DNA of 26,205 nucleotides, taken from positions 1 to 26,205 of IMG/VR virus record IMGVR_UViG_3300024284_000020; one strand, given 5' to 3'. Origin of the DNA: a virus (Duplodnaviria > Caudoviricetes). Of the stretch, positions 6,440-14,349 are shown piece after piece (the stretch's first letter is position 1; each line of letters opens with the position of its first letter). A model generated the notes under the pieces. The model did no database searches and was not told where the DNA came from. It was given only the letters and a program-made list of their open reading frames with translations. Position numbers and translations under genes: made by a program.

Positions 6440-8805
6440 TACTCGCTGAAACTCTTGAGTTTGTTGCGTCTAATTTCTGATGCCGCCTTAAGGTCGGTAG
6501 CGGCAACTTCGGCCTGCATTTCCGCAGCTTTCTTGGCCAGTTCCATTTGGTGGGACTGCGCATCTTGCTTCAATTTTTGGTCGAACTGTACTTGCTTTTG
6601 GGCCGTTCGCGTTCCATGAGATTCCCGCATATTTTTAATCTTGGCCTCCGCAGCCATGTTAGTAGCTTGAATCTTAGCCATGACTTCTGGATCAATTTGT
6701 GCCTGTCCATTTTGTTTCGTTTTCTGCTCCATCAATCGTTGTTCGTAAGCCTTAACCATGTTGAGCAATTTCCCAAGGCCATCTCCCATCTTTTTGACGC
6801 TTTCTTTTTCTTCAGGATCTTCCGACAGCTTTTGCAAGTGTTGGCTAACCCCGTTCTGGCCAATCGGTTGACCCTGTAAATCTTCACCGGCAATGGTGAG
6901 CAAGCCAATAATCTGTTCCTGAGTCACCATGCTGCCCTGTAACTGTTCAATTTTTCCAATCTCAACTTGCATGGACTGGAGTAACGCCGCAGCATATTCG
7001 CCATGTGCAACCCCTTGTTTGAATTGCATCGGCAAACCTGCCAACAGCACTGCCGCTGCCCTTTGAGCATCTTCGGTAGCATTACCCGGCATGGGTTGCA
7101 TGGGCACCAAATCATCAGCCCGTGCTGGATCATCTGTAATCGCAAGGGTTACATCTCTCAGTATCTTCCGTTGCGGTTCTGGGTCATACAGGTTCCTAAA
7201 CTGCATCAACTGTTCGGCAATCGCCATCTCTAGAGTCTTGTTGCCTGCCCCCATTACCTGTTCAGGCTCGGTTTGCCATGCTTCAGCGACTAAAACTTTT
7301 TCTGGTACACCTTGCTTGAGCACATTATTGCGAAACTCCCTTACATCAGGGTCACGCGAGTTGGGTTTGCAGAAACGTCGAAAATCTTCGTCATATTCAA
7401 AGCCCTGATACCGATACGCCTGCATCAAGCCAGATGATACCAGGGCGGTGACAGCATTGACTTCAGCCATGACCTGAAATTTGGTCTTTTCTGTGCGGTC
7501 ACGAGAGAAGTCTTGGTTCTGCCGGTAAGCACTGGAATTTTCCTGAATGATTTGGGAGTTATGTTGCAACCCCATTTCAGCTAAGGCTTGATTGACTTGC
7601 CAGCGTTCATTGGGTGGAACGAACTTTACGGTTTCGTCGATGATGCCACGGGAGATTAGCTCAATCTTCAAGGCGCGTTCCGCATCGTCCATGGTGCTGA
7701 CACGCATATACATCATTAGGCTCTCGAACACGGCTTCATTGAACTTGCAACGAAGCCGGTTCTGGAGATGGCACACCGCGTAGAGTAACCATCCCAAAGA
7801 GCGCACTGAATGATAACGGAATGGAGCAACGGCAGATAAATCGGCGAATTGGAAAGAGATTAGGTTACTAAGTTTCGAGCCGTATTTGCGTTTACCAGGG
7901 TTGTAAAGGAATTTGCCGGAGTCTAACGTTTCGCCCTTGGAATTGGTTTTACGGGAAGGAGTAGAGATAGGCGCAGTAATGCCTACTCCAGGTGGGTTAT
8001 AAGCATCCAGCACAATCCGACGATTCCAACCAGCCTCGTCATCCTCATCGTTCCAGAAATAAAAGTCGTAAGCATCAATGGTAGGAACGGCGTCAGAGGC
8101 ATACAAACCCCCATCAGACTTAACTCGTTCAGCCATCTTTTCTGGACTCCACACCTCCGGCCATTGCGTTCCCATTAAGGTCTGAGCCTCTTGGTCAACC
8201 CATTCAATAGCTCTTTCACAGGTCTTAACCTTCCAGCCGGGGTCCACTCGTGGGCCATGGATTAGACTTGAGAGTTGATGAGCAGTGTAGCTCCGGTAAA
8301 TAGCGAAGAACGGCAGGTTCTTCATGGTCAGGAGCGTGTTGGATGGCATGAGCACATCCTCAACGCCAAGAGCATCAGGACACCAGCAATCCCGATCATC
8401 CCATGCCGCAGGGCCGATCCCATGCAGAACGTTAGAAGCGAACCTTGAGCGAAAGGTTTCAAAGTAAATCGGAGAACGTTTCATTATCCGGTTTACTTCC
8501 TTGCTGACAATAGCGGAGTAATCCTGTCGCTTATGCTTGGGACCGTAATCCGTTTTAGCAGAAAAGAATCGTCCAGGCTTCAAGAAGGCATTGTAGAACT
8601 GGCGTCGGGCATCGTGAGCTAGCTTAGTGCCTTCGAGGAAATTGACATTGACGGCAATGTTGTTGTCGCGGACTTCATTTGGAGTGTAAGGCGGCAAACC
8701 GTTAAAGAGATCGTTGATCAAGGCTCGGTTTTGACCTCGTGGCCAGTCTGCAAGTCTCATCTGCCAGCAAATTGACTCTACGGATTCAGCGGATTCAAAT
8801 TTCAT
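6439..8805 (-). CDS. Probable portal protein with C-terminal coiled-coil barrel (P22/T7-like)
   Basis: 788 aa; VLHGIGPA and TEKTKFQVMAE (cf. portal TATEV motif); Gln/Ala/Lys-rich helical C-terminus; position between terminase and scaffold. Confidence 0.75.
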   Translation of the reverse strand: MKFESAESVESICWQMRLADWPRGQNRALINDLFNGLPPYTPNEVRDNNIAVNVNFLEGTKLAHDARRQFYNAFLKPGRFFSAKTDYGPKHKRQDYSAIVSKEVNRIMKRSPIYFETFRSRFASNVLHGIGPAAWDDRDCWCPDALGVEDVLMPSNTLLTMKNLPFFAIYRSYTAHQLSSLIHGPRVDPGWKVKTCERAIEWVDQEAQTLMGTQWPEVWSPEKMAERVKSDGGLYASDAVPTIDAYDFYFWNDEDDEAGWNRRIVLDAYNPPGVGITAPISTPSRKTNSKGETLDSGKFLYNPGKRKYGSKLSNLISFQFADLSAVAPFRYHSVRSLGWLLYAVCHLQNRLRCKFNEAVFESLMMYMRVSTMDDAERALKIELISRGIIDETVKFVPPNERWQVNQALAEMGLQHNSQIIQENSSAYRQNQDFSRDRTEKTKFQVMAEVNAVTALVSSGLMQAYRYQGFEYDEDFRRFCKPNSRDPDVREFRNNVLKQGVPEKVLVAEAWQTEPEQVMGAGNKTLEMAIAEQLMQFRNLYDPEPQRKILRDVTLAITDDPARADDLVPMQPMPGNATEDAQRAAAVLLAGLPMQFKQGVAHGEYAAALLQSMQVEIGKIEQLQGSMVTQEQIIGLLTIAGEDLQGQPIGQNGVSQHLQKLSEDPEEKESVKKMGDGLGKLLNMVKAYEQRLMEQKTKQNGQAQIDPEVMAKIQATNMAAEAKIKNMRESHGTRTAQKQVQFDQKLKQDAQSHQMELAKKAAEMQAEVAATDLKAASEIRRNKLKSFSE

Positions 8806-8825
8806 AGCGGCAAGCTCATCGCGTA

Positions 8826-8855
8826 ACCGCTACGCCTAGCAGGGCAGAACGTCAA
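8826..8855 (-). promoter_or_regulatory. Putative portal promoter
   Basis: TTGACG (8855-8850), 17 nt, TAGCGG(T); shares AGGCGTAGCG with the site at 9322-9350. Confidence 0.55.
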
Positions 8856-8906
8856 TCTTTATCCGCTTGACAGTTAGGGGGCATAGTCTGGTCGAATAAC
8901 GTAAAT

Positions 8907-9083
8907 ATGAAATTTATTGTCTTTTTTCTAATGGGTAAAGGTGAGGTGGATCGATTGGAGTGTAAGCCTGAATTGATCCCACAGAAAGGATGCGAAATAA
9001 TGCTAAGCGAAAAAAAGCTCTACAATGTTGACAGTATTACGTACGACTATGGAGCTAAGGAGATTACGGTCTTTATTAGTTAA
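8907..9083 (+). CDS. Small hypothetical protein (58 aa), opposite strand to operon
   Basis: Not in ORF track. MKFIVFFLMGKGEVDRLECKPELIPQKGCEIMLSEKKLYNVDSITYDYGAKEITVFIS fills the otherwise empty gap; TTGACA at 8867. Confidence 0.6.
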   Translation: MKFIVFFLMGKGEVDRLECKPELIPQKGCEIMLSEKKLYNVDSITYDYGAKEITVFIS

Positions 9084-9315
9084 AAATTCGATGCCATTTA
9101 CAAAGCAACGGCAACATCCAAGGATCAATCCAGCGTAAGTAAAAGCGATGACTTCCATTTGGGTCATGCTGCATCAATATTTTAAGTGTTTCCGGCCATA
9201 GGTCGATAACGTAACCCATCGGTAAATTAATAAGCGTATCACTGTTACGTGGATTCTTTTTCCAGCGAAAAATACGGTACCAAACCAGCGTTCGGAAAGA
9301 TGCATCATTTCTCAT
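9076..9315 (-). CDS. Hypothetical Trp/Arg-rich protein (79 aa)
   Basis: ORF fills the gap; ATG lies 6 nt after a promoter-like -10 element. Confidence 0.5.
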   Translation of the reverse strand: MRNDASFRTLVWYRIFRWKKNPRNSDTLINLPMGYVIDLWPETLKILMQHDPNGSHRFYLRWIDPWMLPLLCKWHRIFN

Positions 9316-9321
9316 ATCTTT

Positions 9322-9350
9322 TCGCTACGCCTTTGCTGCCTTGGTGTCAA
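9322..9350 (-). promoter_or_regulatory. Putative promoter, probably leaderless transcript
   Basis: TTGACA (9350-9345), 17 nt, TAGCGA (9327-9322), 6 nt, ATG. Confidence 0.55.
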
Positions 9351-9980
9351 TCACAGTCTCAGCATGGGGAACCCACAACTAAGCGTGTAAATGTCGTCAA
9401 TCGCTTTGATGTGGTGTGCTCTTTTCCTGTCTCCATGTTTAGGATGATAGATACAACGGCGATTGGTTATGTCCCAGTATTGTTGTGGAGCAACGGTGTT
9501 AAAGAACCCCATTAGCCAAGTGTCCCAACTGGAATGACCTACCCGGTAATGGGGCGGAACACGCTTGGCTACTTGCGCCCACAGGTCATAAGATGCCCCA
9601 AAGAAGTCTATGCCCACATCGACGATCTGCGCGTCATTTAGGTTTTCATCCACAAATTCGTATCGCTTGGACGTTGCTGCCATGCCGCCTCGTTTCCATA
9701 CGTCTCCCATTGCCCAAATTAAGCCTTTGCTAACTACAATATCGGCGTTGATAAGGCAGGCAAAATCTCCACCCATCGAAGCAGCCGTAGCCATGGCGGC
9801 AATCGGCGGAAAATCTTCAGAGGTAATGAAGCTGGTCTTGGGACAGGTCAATTCTGGTTCAGGATCGCCAAAGTAAAGGATCTCATCGAACACGTTTTGC
9901 CAAGATTTATGGGCGCGAATCTGGTTTTTAGCGACTTCAGGGGAATCCTTTAGAGCACGATGGGAACTGATGACGATCAC
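9351..9980 (-). CDS. Glycosyltransferase-like protein (GT-A fold, NAD variant of DxD)
   Basis: FACLINADIVV, GIDFF, GHSSWDTWL and a C-terminal YHPKH. Confidence 0.6.
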   Translation of the reverse strand: MIVISSHRALKDSPEVAKNQIRAHKSWQNVFDEILYFGDPEPELTCPKTSFITSEDFPPIAAMATAASMGGDFACLINADIVVSKGLIWAMGDVWKRGGMAATSKRYEFVDENLNDAQIVDVGIDFFGASYDLWAQVAKRVPPHYRVGHSSWDTWLMGFFNTVAPQQYWDITNRRCIYHPKHGDRKRAHHIKAIDDIYTLSCGFPMLRL

Positions 9981-10582
9981 AAAGGAGTGACGAGTAGGTT
10001 TTCTTTGGTTTCGTGAATGATACGGGTGAACCCAATAGATTTTAGATATGCCTTCATTTCGATCCGCTCAAGCTGGTGACGTGACTCAACACAGAGCAGT
10101 TTACACCCAATCCAAAAACGTTTTGGAGATGATTTCAGAATGGCGAAATCTTCCCATTCTGCATCAATGGAAATAAAGTCAAACGGTCCAAACTGGCACA
10201 ATTCATCTGTGGTAATACAGGGTATATAAACAGGCAATGGCGAGGGTTCGATGACTGAACCAATACCTAGCAAGGCTTTATTGACGGTCGCACTCCATTC
10301 CCGGTTTGGGTGCATATCTATCCAAAATCGTTTCAAGCCTTCTGCATTACTTACCGCTGCTTGAATCAGACTGACTCGATCAAAGAACGGAGCACAGTTA
10401 TCAAACAATTTATGGAACGATTCAGCACGTGGTTCTACCAGCACCCCGCCCCAACCTATCTCTAATAGCTTTCGGGTATTACTGACATAGATGCCATCAC
10501 AAGCGCCAATATCCAGGAAACGCCCCCGGTCAGTCTTGAGGAAATCCAAGATAACTTTTTCTTCGTCGTTCTGGGAGTACAT
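9977..10582 (-). CDS. FkbM-family SAM-dependent methyltransferase
   Basis: YSQNDEE...FLDIGACDGIYVSNT...GWGGVLVEP...FDFISIDAEWED. Confidence 0.9.
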   Translation of the reverse strand: MYSQNDEEKVILDFLKTDRGRFLDIGACDGIYVSNTRKLLEIGWGGVLVEPRAESFHKLFDNCAPFFDRVSLIQAAVSNAEGLKRFWIDMHPNREWSATVNKALLGIGSVIEPSPLPVYIPCITTDELCQFGPFDFISIDAEWEDFAILKSSPKRFWIGCKLLCVESRHQLERIEMKAYLKSIGFTRIIHETKENLLVTPL

Positions 10583-11130
10583 CAGGGATGGGCTTTATGA
10601 ATCCACCAACTCGTGCAGGGTGATACCGTAAAGCTGACATTGTGCTCTTTGGTCCATCGGGTGACAGCTTGATCTACCTCAGCAAACCAGCCGTCATCGA
10701 CCTTGGTTAAGAAGTCGTGACCGCCGATAATCCCGCCTAGCCTTACCTTTGGCCACCAAGCATCTAAATCAGCCATGACCGCCCTGGCGCTGTGGTTGCC
10801 GTCGATATATACCCAATCTAGCGAAGCATCTTCAAACTTATTAGAGGCAGGCACAGAGAGCATTCGGAGCAAGTGAATCCGTTTGTCGCGTTCAGACAAT
10901 CGAGTGCATTCTTCAAACCACTTATCGAAAGTGCCGTGTTCGTTGGTGGACTCCTTGTAAACTTCTTTATCTTGTTTGGCCCATGGGTCAACCATCCATA
11001 ATTCTTTCCCTTCCCATTGAGAGGCAATCGTAGCGGCGAATTGACCGGCAGCACTGCCGATCTCCACTCCTACGCCATGCAGGCCAAGTTTGTTTAACCA
11101 GAACCCAAAGGCTTCCCGATGATTGATCAT
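10582..11130 (-). CDS. Class I SAM methyltransferase (Methyltransf_24-like), 182 aa
   Basis: GVEIGSAAG, VDPW, LDWVYIDGNHS...DLDAWWPKVRLGGIIGGHDF; ATG at 11130 overlaps the upstream stop (ATGA). Confidence 0.9.
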   Translation of the reverse strand: MINHREAFGFWLNKLGLHGVGVEIGSAAGQFAATIASQWEGKELWMVDPWAKQDKEVYKESTNEHGTFDKWFEECTRLSERDKRIHLLRMLSVPASNKFEDASLDWVYIDGNHSARAVMADLDAWWPKVRLGGIIGGHDFLTKVDDGWFAEVDQAVTRWTKEHNVSFTVSPCTSWWIHKAHP

Positions 11131-11921
11131 CCAAGCACCTTTTGTATGACTTCCAGCGGCACTACTTTTTGCTCTACTCCACGTATCCAGATTTGCTGTG
11201 GTTGGTCTAGTGGTCCATGACTCCAAAATTGGGTTAGATGATTATCCGGTTCTACGGTGTCTCCGGTCTGTTCTATGCACTCGTAGAGTGGACGGAAATA
11301 CTGCATCGCTACGTTGCCTAACGTATTGAACTCGCAGAACTCTTGCGGAAAGGCGTTTTGACCAGAGCGAATATAATCCTCACAGGACTTGCCCGTGCGT
11401 TTTTCTACTAGCCGTCGTGTCTCTGCGTAAAGCCCACGGTGATAGACTTCAGGATGACAGCGCATGGTTTCATTACGAATGAAGAATGGTAATCCGCGTT
11501 GGGTCACTTCTCTCCAAGCAATGCCGGGATGACGCTTTAGAATCTTTTCAAATGGCTCATAACGGAGGATAGGTTTTCCGTTTTTAATGTAAGTCTCCGG
11601 GGTGACAGGTCCGGTGAAAATGCAATCACTGTCGATGTGAACGATGAAATCTGCTTCAGGACAAATATCGTCAGCCGTCATAATCTGGTGCATGTGCCAA
11701 AGCATTCCTTTCTCTGGCCATTCATCACCGGAAGTAATTCGCACAGGGCAAGCCATGTCTTGAAATGGAATCAACAATTGCAGAAGTGGAGCTACATCAA
11801 ACGCCGGAACAACAATTGTCACATCTGAAAACCCTTTAGCAAATTGGCCGATAGACTTCAGGCACCATTCAAGGTAATGGAAATCCTTACGGTAGGTAAC
11901 GATTAGGATCTCAACGTTCAC
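11127..11921 (-). CDS. Glycosyltransferase-like protein (GT-A, DUF6492-like)
   Basis: N-terminal ILIVTYRKD...CLKSI, ADFIVHIDSDCIF (DxD), FCEFNTLG. Confidence 0.7.
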   Translation of the reverse strand: MNVEILIVTYRKDFHYLEWCLKSIGQFAKGFSDVTIVVPAFDVAPLLQLLIPFQDMACPVRITSGDEWPEKGMLWHMHQIMTADDICPEADFIVHIDSDCIFTGPVTPETYIKNGKPILRYEPFEKILKRHPGIAWREVTQRGLPFFIRNETMRCHPEVYHRGLYAETRRLVEKRTGKSCEDYIRSGQNAFPQEFCEFNTLGNVAMQYFRPLYECIEQTGDTVEPDNHLTQFWSHGPLDQPQQIWIRGVEQKVVPLEVIQKVLG

Positions 11922-13357
11922 GCGACCCCCATCTCAGTTAATCGGTCAATCAGGCTTAAGGATTTATCCCGGTGAAACGCTACCGCTGTTGGTGAAAGCA
12001 TTCTCTGGACGTCGGCGGACGTCCGAAAGTAAGGTGGTTCACCATAGCCATGAGGGAAAAGCCTATCCCCGTTACGAACCCATGCATGTTGAATTAAGCT
12101 CATAGCATCAGCTACTTGATTCCGGGTTTCATCCCGCATCCCGGTATCCCAAGCATCGTCGTTTTCAACGTTCAGACTGGGACAACGAGCGAAGGTGTCA
12201 GGTGGATAAACCGCTGTGCCGTTGAAGTGGCCCATATCTGGAATGACCGGACCAAAGAAGGGCTTGCGACAGTTGGCGTAAGCATTCTGGAGAACTTCAA
12301 TCCACCCCTTTTTGGTTGCTACCATATCGGCTTCCCACCAGAGGAACGAACGATGTACCTTGCTTTGAATGAACCACGCTACACACTTGAAAGCCCACTT
12401 GGCGGCAGGGGTCATTTCCTGTCGGGGTGGGGTGGCATACTGGCATTCGATAATGCTGCCGAACGTTGCTCTGGCCTCGTGTCGAACTTGTTCTATAGCA
12501 TTGTGAATCGTTGAACGATCATATGCCACAACAGCAGTATGTTTACGGCATCCTCCAAGGCGTTGCATCCATCGAAGATTCTTGAGCATCTGTTGCCAGT
12601 CCTTGTTACAGAATGGCAAGACAACGACGAATGTTCCTTCAGTGGGAAAGAGCTTCTGTCGCATCAAATCAATCAACGTCCCATCTTTACAGCGATGGAA
12701 TAAGGCAGCTTGGGGATGGATTTGAGAGAGCGTGAAAGTATTGATGGGGCAACCTGGCTGTTTAATTATAGCGAAAGTGGGAGCTAAATCTTGTACCCCC
12801 CAGTAATGCTGGAATAGCGGAGAATTGATAGCGTTAGGCACTACTACCGGAGCACACCAGAGAGTCCATGATTCATCGGGATTCCACATATCCTTGATAC
12901 GGCTCCACGTATCAGCAGGATAAATCCCACAACCCTCAAAATAAGGATTCGGACGACTAGCAAGGTCATGGTGGATTAACGATCCCATGAATGGTTTGTT
13001 GCAGGACTGGTAGGCATTGGTAATGGCTTCCAACCAGTCCTTTCGCGTCGGTGTCGCATCCGGCTCCAACCAGAAGAAGGGTTCTCCCACGGTTTCCATG
13101 TGTTTTGCTGCGGCAGCGAAAAGAGAGTTGCTGCCGGGAATCCAGCCTTGGGTTGCTTTGTCATTGGTAATCAGGGTTGCAGAACGAAAAATCTCATTGG
13201 CTAGATTGAGACAATCAAGGCAGTCTCCCCATTCCATGGCGGCATCAGAAACTAAGAGACAGGAATGCTGTGGCTGTTTACCGAGTTGATTGATCCACTC
13301 TAATAAGCCAATAGCTAGATGAACGTCACCTGCATGGAAAGGAATAATGACGGTCAT
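11918..13357 (-). CDS. Two-domain glycosyltransferase-like protein (internal duplication)
   Basis: Homologous halves: VIIPF/VVLPF, FFWLEPD/FLWWEAD, NAYQSCNKPFMG/NAYANCRKPFFG, GIYP/AVYP, LFHRCKDGTLID/AFHRDKSLSLID. Confidence 0.65.
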   Translation of the reverse strand: MTVIIPFHAGDVHLAIGLLEWINQLGKQPQHSCLLVSDAAMEWGDCLDCLNLANEIFRSATLITNDKATQGWIPGSNSLFAAAAKHMETVGEPFFWLEPDATPTRKDWLEAITNAYQSCNKPFMGSLIHHDLASRPNPYFEGCGIYPADTWSRIKDMWNPDESWTLWCAPVVVPNAINSPLFQHYWGVQDLAPTFAIIKQPGCPINTFTLSQIHPQAALFHRCKDGTLIDLMRQKLFPTEGTFVVVLPFCNKDWQQMLKNLRWMQRLGGCRKHTAVVAYDRSTIHNAIEQVRHEARATFGSIIECQYATPPRQEMTPAAKWAFKCVAWFIQSKVHRSFLWWEADMVATKKGWIEVLQNAYANCRKPFFGPVIPDMGHFNGTAVYPPDTFARCPSLNVENDDAWDTGMRDETRNQVADAMSLIQHAWVRNGDRLFPHGYGEPPYFRTSADVQRMLSPTAVAFHRDKSLSLIDRLTEMGVA

Positions 13358-13657
13358 TTAGGTAGGGCAGTCGCAATCTGAATGAGATGTGCCAGTTTTC
13401 AAATTTTCGCAGCATTTGCAAGATGGCACTTGGACGGGTCTGTACCCCTTTCTCACAGTGAATGGATCATTTGTTTCAATTTTAAACGAAGCATTCATCA
13501 CCCATGAGACGTTGTATTTATCCACGAGTGCAGCATACTTCGGATTCGGCTTTGCTCCAGGCGGACAATCCGACTGCATTCGCCGCATCTCTTTCCGGTA
13601 TTTTCGGCGGTGATTACGAAGAAGGAATTTTCGCGACCTATACTTAGTTGGTTTCAT
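13358..13657 (-). CDS. Hypothetical basic protein with C-terminal Cys cluster
   Basis: Arg/Lys-rich N-terminus, CKCCE...HSDCDC; tightly packed in the operon. Confidence 0.55.
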   Translation of the reverse strand: MKPTKYRSRKFLLRNHRRKYRKEMRRMQSDCPPGAKPNPKYAALVDKYNVSWVMNASFKIETNDPFTVRKGYRPVQVPSCKCCENLKTGTSHSDCDCPT

Positions 13658-14333
13658 GGAGTATCCAACATTTCGGATCTAACTTAGCCATGGTTTCATC
13701 ACTCGTGTTTTTCTTAATCAAATCCAAATTGCACCACACCTTTAGTTGCAAGGCACAATCGCAAGCCGCACAACTACCCATGTCATTGTCTTTGCTGGTG
13801 CTAAGGTTCAGGTCATGCTTCACCGCCAAGAGCGACTTCACCTTGTCTGCCACAGCAGCTTCAAGTTTCTGGAGCCAGTTGCCTTTGACGTTCAACGGAC
13901 AGGTCACACAGACTGCGGCCCGTTGTTCAGCTAACTGTTTACTGACTGGTTTTAATCCTGAGCCTAACCATTCAGCAACTACTTTTATCCCTGCGGCGCT
14001 CCGTTTAACGCCCCCCACAAAAGCCGCACCGCTGCGCCCGATATGTGGGGGATGGAATTTTGGGGGGTCTGGATTGGCCTCTAAAACATACTCTGTCCAG
14101 CCATGGGACTCCGCGATTTTGGCATTGAAGGCATCGACCTCGAACGCTACTGAATTATAATCCGTAGCCCACCTATGCTTTCGGAGTAGGTAGGGATTGC
14201 CTTGGCGATGGGAGATTAACGCCCTAACAATGGCATCGAAGGAAGCCCATGCCGGAGCTTGCCAGCCCGTTTCGGGTTGGCGGAATTGAAACCCATTCGG
14301 GATCGGTCTATTCCTGTCTTTCAGGGTTGCCAT
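13644..14333 (-). CDS. Phage protein with C-terminal metal-binding Cys motif (DUF6171-like)
   Basis: AEQRAAVCVTCP...CAACDCALQLKVW...PKCW. Confidence 0.65.
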   Translation of the reverse strand: MATLKDRNRPIPNGFQFRQPETGWQAPAWASFDAIVRALISHRQGNPYLLRKHRWATDYNSVAFEVDAFNAKIAESHGWTEYVLEANPDPPKFHPPHIGRSGAAFVGGVKRSAAGIKVVAEWLGSGLKPVSKQLAEQRAAVCVTCPLNVKGNWLQKLEAAVADKVKSLLAVKHDLNLSTSKDNDMGSCAACDCALQLKVWCNLDLIKKNTSDETMAKLDPKCWILHETN

Positions 14334-14349
14334 AAATGTTCCTACAATT

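Noticed and set aside
9977-11130. DNA methyltransferases or restriction-modification
   Set aside because: No DPPY/NPPY or PCQ catalytic motifs; the motifs match FkbM and Methyltransf_24 families.
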